Below, one piece after another: positions 23,482-33,153 of a stretch of DNA of 44,915 nt (the stretch's first letter is position 1; the number at the start of each line of letters is the position of its first letter). The stretch comes from Nemertoderma westbladi (lineage: Eukaryota; Animalia; Xenacoelomorpha): NCBI GenBank assembly GCA_032718475.1, contig JAUCBJ010001964.1, positions 1 through 44,915 on the forward strand, given 5' to 3'. Position numbers and translations under genes: made by a program. The notes below the pieces were generated by a model, which did not search any database, was not told the DNA's origin, and was given only the letters and a program-made list of their open reading frames with translations.

Positions 23482-25568
23482 CATTTTTTATACTGTATGT
23501 TATGATATATGGCGCTGTGTACTATTATCAGCCCATTATACAGTATAAATATTTAGATAAGCCATAATGACATGCAGCCATAGTTAGATAGGGAAAAATA
23601 AAATATCCTATATATATTTGTAAATCTTATCCATTTTGTATAGTATGTAGCCCTACGTACGTAATTTTGTAATAAAACATAAATAAATAGCATTTACGGT
23701 AGCAAGTTTCCTATAAAAACCTTAATGCAAGCTTGCTGTTATTGGTATTAATCGGATTAATCGTGTATTTGCATTAATTTCCATTATATTTGCTTTCAAA
23801 TTGGCTTTATGTTAGATTGTACGTAATGGGCTTTAAATATCACGAAATTAAGTAACGCAACCATTACCATATATGGTAATAATTTGTGATTTCGGGAGCC
23901 TTTAGGTTCACAATCCGGCTTCCCTATTGGCCCAGCTGTTCCAGGTTGGTCTAGTGGTGGCGCGGATTGATGAGCCAATGGGACGATTATTGCATCATCC
24001 TTGTTGAATCACCTATAAATTGGCTGTGTTTCCGGAATGTGCATCTCAATCTTTCTCAATCTGTCTGTGTATCTCGTTTTCAACCTGTTATTCATCTTTG
24101 GACCTTTTTTCCCTGTATTTGTTTCGCATTTGTAATTATTTGTAAATTCTCAATCTTCTTTGCTGTATTTTCTTAATTAATGATGGTTACTGCAAATTAC
24201 AACTTTGAACTATGAATTCTACCCCTTGATTAATCGTTTCTATGTGATTTAAGATGCGATAATCCCACGGGATTTTCATTAGACTGCCAGACTATTTGTG
24301 AATGCATGCGCCGCTATGGTAGCTATTCGTTCTAATGGGGTATACTGATACGCTACTGTGTGGTTTTAGTACACTAGCTGACTGGTAGTCAATGCAGTAC
24401 CGTATTACTAACTGATTGCTACACTGATTTGTGTGTTGCTAAGGTGTGCCTGATTCTTGATTGTGAATGCTTAGATAGGCGCCTTTTCCTTGATTGATTT
24501 CTATTTCTTAGTTTACGTTTAATAATTGCTGATTAGGTCAAAATAATACAGTATTTAGGCTGTTGCTAGTGTAACCCAGTACGTAATAAATTAGAATTGC
24601 GTATTCTGGAACATTTAGTAATTAGTACGCTGTTCCGTATTTATGACTGTAGTTAATCAGCCTTAAAATAAGAAATTGTACGCAGCATAGCGGAGAGTAG
24701 TTTAACCCTATTAAACCCGGGGGGGGAGGGTCAATATGACCCCCCCCGTGGTTTTTTTTATATAATTCTGAAACAAACGCAGTTGAGAATCTGAAATTTT
24801 ATGACTTTTCCTAAAAATCTATTGTCTTCCTAGTAGTGAAAACCGTTTTCAAAAATATTGAGTAGTTTTCGAGTTATAGCACCATTTTTTAACCCTACTT
24901 TTGGCACGTATTTTGAGACGTTTTTTGAAAATTACATTTCATTAAATATGAATTGTAACATCTCTATTTTTGATTTACACCGGTTTTTTTGTGTTAGAAA
25001 TTGGATGGAATTCATATAAAGTGATTTAGAAATTTCAAACTTGTTTTTTTCGGCGGGTGCCAATTTTTGGTGCCAGCACCAAATTTTGAAATATGTCAAT
25101 TTTGTAAATTGATTGTGTGAAACTTGTTTTTTACGCAATTGGGGTTTTTTTGGGTTCTGGTTTCGATGAAATATATACGAGTTGCACCAAGCGTAACAAA
25201 CTTGTATTTTTCGGTGGTGGGTGCAAATTTTGGTGCTAGCACGAAATTTTGAAAATCCATTCAATTGATAAAATTGTTTGTGACAATTTATTTCTTGCGT
25301 TTTAGAGGTTTATGGCTTTTCTGAATTGAATGGAATATATAATTTTCAAACTTGGCATCTCAAACTTGTATTTTTCGGAAGTGGGTGCAAAATGTGGTGC
25401 TAGCACCAAATTTTGAAAACCATCAAATATATAAATTGATTGTGTCACCTTGTTTCTTGCGTTATACGGGTTTGTGAGGGTTCTGAATTCAATGGAATCA
25501 GTAAAAATTTCATAAGAGTTTTCAAACTTGTATTTTTCGCCGGTGGGTGAAAATTGTTGTGATAGCAC

Positions 25569-26819
25569 TGTAAAAGCTTCTGTGGGATATAACTGGCCCT
25601 TTTGCTTTGCAATCCAGTTTCCCCCCAGGCGCTGGAATACTCTAAAAGGCTCACTAACTCGAATGGTACAAGCGACCGGCTGATTGGCTGATTTGCTGTA
25701 CGAGGGGTTCTTTGCTATGTTCTATCGGCCAACCAGAGCTATAGCAGCAGAGTATGCAACCAGGACAACCGAGCGGAGTGACTCATTTTGTGTGCTGGCC
25801 AAGGGATGCAAAAATCCTGATAGTTCGGCATTTAGATATTCGTGGAACCTGTGGAATCTGGTGTTCTGCCAATGAGAGCTATTCCTCTCTGTGTAAAAGA
25901 TACCTGCAACAGGGACAGAGGACAGTGTTGTTATTCCTCCTACGCCAGAACATCGGCTTTTGGAATGACTCGTTTCAGACTTTTAGTAAAACATTAGTAG
26001 GCTTAAATTATAGAACGTATAACTGTTATCGGCCCAACTGCCCAACGGCATATAACCCACAACTCGGCCCGATCTGCCCGATCGGTTGTGTTTGCTGCAT
26101 TGTCAGCGTGTTACATTATCTTAACCTACCGTCTTAATGTTATTTACTGTTGTGTTTATCAGTTGGTTGAATATTATTATTTGGAGAACATCTATAAAGA
26201 ACCCAAATTTCCCAATTTTCTTGATACACTACAGGTTAGAGAGACAGGCTATATATAACAATTGCGACTTATGTTATCGTGGTTTGTAGTGAACCTAATG
26301 CTATTTGATAGACACTACATAGGTCAATTGCTGTTCTCTTCATGTGTGATCAAATTCATTGACGGTCGGCAGATTAGTGTGCAGTATTGTGCGGTACCGG
26401 TAGTGTGCATGATTGTGACCGATAACAAAGCATTTCCTAAAGAATGCGCCTTATACGTGAATTATAAGCCTTACCGTTGCGTGTAGTATAAGTCATAACT
26501 CTGTTTACTTAGGTAGAGCGCCACATCCTAAAGGAACTGTTAATATTTCCCGAAAGTGAATAATATTTGTCAGAAATTACTTATTAACGATCAATCGAAT
26601 AATACAGTAGGCTTCACTGCAATAATAAAATTTAAGCCACATCCGAACCCAGTCTCCCGGGAATATCCAGCGGGTGAATGGACGCGCACTAGGCTGGCTT
26701 CGGCTAATGTTGTGTTTATTGGTATTAAATATTTGTCATCTTCTAAAGTCTGAACATAAACCAAAAGACATATAAATTTTGGCAGGTTAAACTGCTAAAG
26801 GTCTTCAAAAGCGCGTACA
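25569..26819 (+). repeat. 5' LTR of BEL copy 2
   Basis: Direct repeat of 36316-37566; only two substitutions noticed by eye (~26341 and ~26525). Confidence 0.97.
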
Positions 26820-26830
26820 ATAACAGTTAT
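26820..26830 (+). promoter_or_regulatory. Primer-binding-site position: ATAACAGTTAT, non-tRNA, complementary to LTR 26019-26029
   Basis: No TGG next to the LTR end; exact 11-nt complement inside the LTR; same arrangement in copy 1 (17855-17865 vs 18605-18615). Confidence 0.55.
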
Positions 26831-29049
26831 TGCTTCTTTATTGCAGTAAGCAATAAAGTTGAAAGTACCGGTAGACCGGTAAACCTGAACCGGTACTTCT
26901 GTAGGTCAGTAGGCCCAACTGCCAGAACCGGTACTGCTGTAGGTCCGTAGGTCCAACTGCCAGAACCGGTACTTCTGTAGGTCCGTAGGCCCAACTGTCC
27001 TAACCGGTACTTCCAGTATAAGTACATTAGTATTATTCGATTTTGATTATTGCATACCGGTAGGCTGTTTAAGAGATTAGGGACTGTACACCCCTTGTTT
27101 CTTTTGGAGCTTACTTATTTCTGTCGGTTTTATTTACATGTAAGTTAATATTGAGCTGAAGACGTGTAAGTCTGCTCAGATTGTTCAGATAATTGTAGGC
27201 TGGATTGCTGTCTGATTTTTGTTGAGTCTGGAGAGATTGCGGCGTGTGTAGAGTCTGTCCAATAAAGTGCCAGTTAGTAAGTTGGGGCATTTTAAGTTGT
27301 AAGGTCAACCCCCTCTTAAAGAATAAGTCGTACTACCGTGTTAGAACGCATACTAACTAACCGTTTTGGAATCTGCACATACTGTAGTTTATTTAGGCTT
27401 GACAGTATTCTGCCAGCGTTTTGGCCTGTGTTTGTTTGTGTGGTCTGTTCAGGTACCGTAATAGTTATTACTCAGATATTTTGTAGGCTGGATTGTTGTC
27501 TAGCTATTATTAGGTCTGAAGAGATTGCTGCGTGTGTAGAGTTTGTCTGATAAAGTGCCGTTAGTAAGTTGGGGCAGCCATAGCTGTAAGGTCAATCCCC
27601 TCTTAAAGAATAAGTCGTACTACCGTGATAGAACGCATACTAACTAACCATTTCAGAATCTACACGTACGGTAGTTTATTTAGGCTTGGTGGTAGTCTGC
27701 CAGCGTTTTGGTTTGTATTTTGTTTGAGTATTCTGTACGGGTAGCGTAATATTTATTATTCAGAGTTTATGCGATTATTCGCAACATTCATGTCCCCAAG
27801 TTTATTCCTACAGTAATTGTGCTTGTTATACATACCGTTATAGTTAAATTAACCCCGGTACTACACGGGCTGCTTGGCGTAGGAAAAGACTGGTGACTTT
27901 GTGCTTCGGTCACTCCAGCAGATGCCGTGGTTCTTTAACTGTTCAAGTATATTTAACTACTGATTATTTGTTGTACCAGTACTTGTACCTAATTTAGGGT
28001 TTAGTGTACAGTGCTTTCCGAAAGTAATTAGTGTGTAGGCAGTATATTTGTGTTGTAAAGTGGTTAATAGGCACGCTGGATCTGGTAGTCCGCGGTAATT
28101 AACTTCTAGGTAGGAACACTCCGTGATACATAATGTAGTACCTATAGCGATACGGCTATAGGTCGTCAGGCGGTGGTATTTTCCTATCTGGACAGCGCAG
28201 TGTATTTACTACTACTTATTATTTTCAAATACAGTAGTACCCTGTCCGTTGTAATAACCAGAATTCTAACCCTTTGTTAGGCTGGTTTGTAGACTTCCTG
28301 TAAAATTACCCTAAAAATTTCGTACGTAATATTTTGTTGTGTTTAAGTAGAGATTTAATCTCACCCGTATCGTAAGTAATTTGTAGATAAGTAACTTAGG
28401 AAGTAGAATTATCTGTTTTAGTGTCTAATAAGTAGCATTCCACTGAGAGCGCACAGCTTCCGTGTAGTGACTTCCCCCAGAAATAATAACATTTATTTCA
28501 AATATTGACAAAACCCATTTTAAACGGGTATATATCTATTATAAATCAACTCAAACGATTTATAAATAGTAGGCCTGCCATACAACAACTAGGTCTCAAT
28601 ATCAGTTGGACTACTGCTTAAATAACGGTAACAAAGTAAGTTAAAGTAACCAAGTAACCCTAAAATATTCAGAAATTCAATTATTCTAAAATAATTGACA
28701 TACCGGTATTTATCATAGGCTTATTATATTTATTTCTATAAATTTGAGCTGAAATCATACCGGTATTCTGTAATTAATTCCAGTCCAGAATTATACTTAT
28801 ATACTATAAGTGTAAGCTGCATACCGGTATTCACGATAGGCCTATTATATAGTTATATATATTTGTGCTAAAATTATATACCGGTACTCTGTGACAAAAC
28901 TAGTTTACAATACTTATATATATTATAAGTGTATACTGATATTCTAATATACTGTAATAAATTAATAGCACTAGGCCAACGGTGATACTGAATTACTAGA
29001 CTTGCTTTAACTGTAATATAGCAGTAGGCATTCAACTGTACAATCAAAC

Positions 29050-32000
29050 ATGGCTGACACAAGGCAAACTCTGTCAGATAGTCTCCTAGAAACAACAGCC
29101 TGTTTCTCAGATCAAAGTGTAGAGAATCCCAGACCGAGGTCTGAAACCCCTCATACTGTAAGAAGGGCAACCCCTGCAGTGGTTGTGTCAGAACCTAGGT
29201 TGGTAGAAAAGATTTCGCAATTTGCGAAGTTAGTGAAGCGCCGTTGGTCTGCCATAGGCACTCGGGCCCAAGTCAAGCGGGATCAAGAAGAAGCTATAAA
29301 ACAGCAGCAACCTCCTAGCCAAGAACCTAGTTCTCAGCGGCCCGATAGCTCCAGTAGTTTGGATACTGTTGAGCGGACGCCCGAACGCGGAGCGAAGATG
29401 GCGGATACGGTTTATGATGAGCGGCCAACCTATGAAGAATCAACCGACGCCACTTCTTCTCAAGTGGAAAGTGAGGTGGAAAGCGAGGTGGAAAGCGAAG
29501 TGGAAAGCGAAGTGGAAAGCGAATTAACAGCAGAGAAGCCGCGAACTAGAGACGCCATTGACATCTATCTGTCAGACTATCAGCGATTCCTAGGAGACGA
29601 AGAGTTGAGGAGACGACTGTCTGGACTTCGCCCTAATAGTGAAGGAACCAAGCTTGTGTTGGACTCAATTGATGCTGAAATGTTAGCTGCAAACCAAGCT
29701 AAATTTGATGAAAAACTTCGCCTCGCTAGAGTCCAAGAAGAACAAGTAAAGAAAAGACGGATAGAGGAACAAAGGGCGGCGGCCATGGCAGAAGCAGAAG
29801 CGGAAAGAAAGGCAGCGGCGGCAGAAGCAAAGGCGGAAAAGGCAGTGGCAGAAGCAGAACGGAGAGCGTCTGAGCAGACTACCCAACTGGAGTTGGAAAA
29901 TCTGCAAGAGACGCAAGACAACATAAATAAACATTTAACTGCTAGTCAAATGCAGATGATGAGACGATCTACTCCCAAACGCCAGGGATACACATCATCG
30001 GAGGAAAGCGAAACCACCGATCCTGAAGGCAGAGGAAATAGATCTCGTCTAAGCAGGCGTAGAAAAACATCTCACCGTCACAAATTGCCTGATTTGCCCC
30101 CAGCTGTTAGAAGACAACTAGCTAGCACAGACCTAGGTAGTACAGAACCCACAGAACAAATTATTCAGGTCAAAAGACTCCCTACAATAGTTGATGAGCC
30201 TGAAATAATTAGGCCTGTCGTTCCCAAAGTCACTTCTGTGCTAGAGACCCCTGTACTTCCAGAGCTTAACTCTAAGTTCCCTTTACACAGTACTACACTG
30301 CCTGTACCCGGTAGAACAGTCCATGAGAATATCCCTGTCCTGGAAGCTGAGAGAAAAATCAAAGATTTGTCTCCCGTCGTCCCGCGTCGGCCCGCTACAA
30401 TGTTGGCGACTCCCGCTTCGGCGGTCGAGTGGGTAGAGGAGGGACGACGGGGGATGAATCTCCTGCTCGAACAGATGCAGGAGACTGTCCACCAACTCAA
30501 GGGAACATTAAGGGAAAGTAGGGTAGAATTGCAAGAAGTGCAGCAAAGTATCGCGCTAGAACGCGACAAATTAGTCAATATCCAAAAGGGCATACCAATA
30601 CCCCCTGTAACATTGTGTCAACCTGTTAGGTCTGAAGTATTACATGCGCAAGGTGTGGAGCCTACACGCATCTATACTGCTAGTGAAGTAGAAACTCCTA
30701 TAGCAAACCCTATTAAGGGTGATTATAAACCTGTTGTTAATGATATTCCCTATAGACCTGATAATGATCCGAGAAATTTATATACCGATAATTCGATATT
30801 AAATAACACGATGGCCCAAGAAAGTTTTACGCGTCAGATGGCTAGAACAGAAGCCCGCCAAGCGGTCAAAGTGGGAGAGATCGTCAAATTCAATGGAGAT
30901 GAGATGAAGTGGTTACCTTTCAACGAATATTACAAAGACAGCATACAGAACTCTGTGCTATCTAACGGAGAGAAACTTAGGTTCCTCATCAAGTGCTTGG
31001 AAGGACCTCCCAAGTTAATGGCGTTAAAGTTTATTGGACATCCAGAAGGATTAAGACAAGTTTGGGATACATTAAACATCAGGTATGGTAACAAGGATAA
31101 CATAGCTAAGTATTTGTATGCAAAATTAGTAGCCCCCCGACACTTCCTTAGTAGCGGGATTATAGAGTTTTCCGATGAGATTCAAGAGATCTGTAGACAA
31201 TTGGACTGGTTAGGTAAGTCGCATGAATATCAGAGTTCCATGGTTATTGGAGCCGTAGTCTCTACTTTACCAAAGGGTGGAGTATGTACACGCTGGGACA
31301 AGAAAGTGTTGTACATGAATGAACAACAACGACGAAGCCCTACCATGGCTGACCTCATATCCTTCTTAGATAGTGAAGTAAAATTACAACTCATAAAGCA
31401 GTCCAGAGAAAAAACATCGAAAAATAAGGTAAGTGAGAAACCCGTTTCTAGGAGAAGGGTAACACCAGTGTGTTACACTGACGACGGCGAAAGCCAAGCT
31501 TCTCAAGAAGAGGACAGCGGGAAAGACACAGCAAAATCTTACTATGACAACAAGACCTATAAAGACGTAAGTAAATATAAGTCTCGAACCAGTGACAGGA
31601 GAGAACAGGTTGCTAAGACTCCTCCTCAGTCTCCTAACAGAATGCACGGAAGAAAGCCCGAAGTAAGAACGAGAGTGCATCACGTTACCCAAGGTAAAGT
31701 GAGTAACATCAAACCAAACTGTGCGCTGTGCGACGGGCCCCACCGTTTGAGTGCGTGTGCTGAATTTCTAAAGAAATCCCTTGTAGACAGACGTACAGTC
31801 CTGTGGAATAAGCGGTTATGCCATAATTGCCTCAGATCAGGACACCAACGGCGAACCTGTTACTCCGACATAAAGTGTGCAAAGTGTGGCGCGAAACATC
31901 ACATCTTGTTACACAGTGAGTTCGAGCGAGACAAACTGAGTCAGGTAAGTGAGCCCGAACTACATGTCCAATTCAGTGATGTAAACGACACTGATCAAGA

Positions 32001-33153
32001 ATCTGAGATGGAAGGATTCTATACTGACGAATTCTCCGACGCCAACGAATCCTGTTATCTAATCAATACCGCAGTGTATCGAGCACTTACTTATGAAAAG
32101 GACACCAACAATGAGTTTCCCCCAACTACTTTTGCCAAACAACCATCTTGGAAAGCTCCAACTTCCAACGTAGGAATCAGAGAATTTCCTGTAGTGCAGG
32201 TAAGAGTTCACGGTCTTAACAAAAGTTACATAGTGAACGCCCTCCTTGACTCCGGCAGCACAGGAACATTCATCGATCAAGAACTAGCCGAAGATATCTT
32301 TGCTGGACAACCCAAGTTCCGGACTAAATTGAATATGTCAGGAATTATGCAGGTTTGGAAATCTACCCTAACGGCAGACTACTATGTAGGTGTGTTGTCC
32401 ACCCCCCAGGATAAATTAGGAGCACAAGGTATAAGGTCGGTAAAAATGGTGGCTATAAAGAACTTCGCTACTACCCAAGCAGACCTTTATAATTGGGACG
32501 AGGATGAGAGCATCCAACATCTTAAGATACCTCGATTCCAGACAGATTATCCTGGAGTGCAAATACTCATCGGCCAAAACGCGCATGAGGCGCTCGAGAC
32601 ATTGGAGAAACGGCCTGCTCAACCGCAGCCACTACAAACCTATGCGGTAAGAACTAGAGTAGGTTGGTACTTCACTGGCCCTTCCCGTAGAACTCTCAAA
32701 GAGAGATTACCTCAACAACAGGTATACCAAGTAAAGGAATGGGAAGTGGAGAGCAGTGATGTGGACGATCCAACTGAGGGAACACCATACTCCTCAGATA
32801 ATGACGATATTAACTCCAATGTAGATCAATGGAGACATTGCCTTGGGACGATTAATCCAGCCGACATCGCTTCCAGAGGAGCAACTCCTCAAGAACTGAT
32901 AGATACTCCAGGCTGGTTAGGTGGATCCGACTCCTTAAGTAAAGAAGAAGAAGAATGGCCTCCTCATCTTACCACGGCGGAGATTAGACAGGCCAAGGGA
33001 GCGGAGAAAGTAACACAACAACTCAATCGCCCAGCTAGTCGTTTATGTTTACTGGAAAGAGAACGAAAACTGTCCGGAAACTATGGAAGGCAAGATACTC
33101 TTCCTACGACCACTTCCCTAATCCGACAAATATCTAGGGACTCCATAACGTAA
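29050..33153 (+). CDS. BEL/Pao Gag-protease polyprotein, 1367 aa, with in-frame deletions of part of Gag, RT/RNase H and integrase
   Basis: Same Gag, triple-knuckle and ALLDSGS motifs as copy 1; junction AKGAEKV|TQQLNRP skips ~1.7 kb of integrase present in copy 1; (VESE)x5 12-bp repeat at 29464-29523. Confidence 0.93.
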   Translation: MADTRQTLSDSLLETTACFSDQSVENPRPRSETPHTVRRATPAVVVSEPRLVEKISQFAKLVKRRWSAIGTRAQVKRDQEEAIKQQQPPSQEPSSQRPDSSSSLDTVERTPERGAKMADTVYDERPTYEESTDATSSQVESEVESEVESEVESEVESELTAEKPRTRDAIDIYLSDYQRFLGDEELRRRLSGLRPNSEGTKLVLDSIDAEMLAANQAKFDEKLRLARVQEEQVKKRRIEEQRAAAMAEAEAERKAAAAEAKAEKAVAEAERRASEQTTQLELENLQETQDNINKHLTASQMQMMRRSTPKRQGYTSSEESETTDPEGRGNRSRLSRRRKTSHRHKLPDLPPAVRRQLASTDLGSTEPTEQIIQVKRLPTIVDEPEIIRPVVPKVTSVLETPVLPELNSKFPLHSTTLPVPGRTVHENIPVLEAERKIKDLSPVVPRRPATMLATPASAVEWVEEGRRGMNLLLEQMQETVHQLKGTLRESRVELQEVQQSIALERDKLVNIQKGIPIPPVTLCQPVRSEVLHAQGVEPTRIYTASEVETPIANPIKGDYKPVVNDIPYRPDNDPRNLYTDNSILNNTMAQESFTRQMARTEARQAVKVGEIVKFNGDEMKWLPFNEYYKDSIQNSVLSNGEKLRFLIKCLEGPPKLMALKFIGHPEGLRQVWDTLNIRYGNKDNIAKYLYAKLVAPRHFLSSGIIEFSDEIQEICRQLDWLGKSHEYQSSMVIGAVVSTLPKGGVCTRWDKKVLYMNEQQRRSPTMADLISFLDSEVKLQLIKQSREKTSKNKVSEKPVSRRRVTPVCYTDDGESQASQEEDSGKDTAKSYYDNKTYKDVSKYKSRTSDRREQVAKTPPQSPNRMHGRKPEVRTRVHHVTQGKVSNIKPNCALCDGPHRLSACAEFLKKSLVDRRTVLWNKRLCHNCLRSGHQRRTCYSDIKCAKCGAKHHILLHSEFERDKLSQVSEPELHVQFSDVNDTDQESEMEGFYTDEFSDANESCYLINTAVYRALTYEKDTNNEFPPTTFAKQPSWKAPTSNVGIREFPVVQVRVHGLNKSYIVNALLDSGSTGTFIDQELAEDIFAGQPKFRTKLNMSGIMQVWKSTLTADYYVGVLSTPQDKLGAQGIRSVKMVAIKNFATTQADLYNWDEDESIQHLKIPRFQTDYPGVQILIGQNAHEALETLEKRPAQPQPLQTYAVRTRVGWYFTGPSRRTLKERLPQQQVYQVKEWEVESSDVDDPTEGTPYSSDNDDINSNVDQWRHCLGTINPADIASRGATPQELIDTPGWLGGSDSLSKEEEEWPPHLTTAEIRQAKGAEKVTQQLNRPASRLCLLERERKLSGNYGRQDTLPTTTSLIRQISRDSIT

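Noticed and set aside
23490-24600. Possible further solo LTR or promoter (CCAAT boxes ~23925-23980, CCTATAAAT ~24012)
   Set aside because: No convincing TG..CA ends with a TSD and no downstream ORF could be found.
25684-26753. Short ORFs repeated three times (MADLLYEG.., MQPGQPSG.., MNNICQKL..)
   Set aside because: They lie within LTRs and recur only because the LTR recurs; several use non-ATG starts and none has a recognisable motif.
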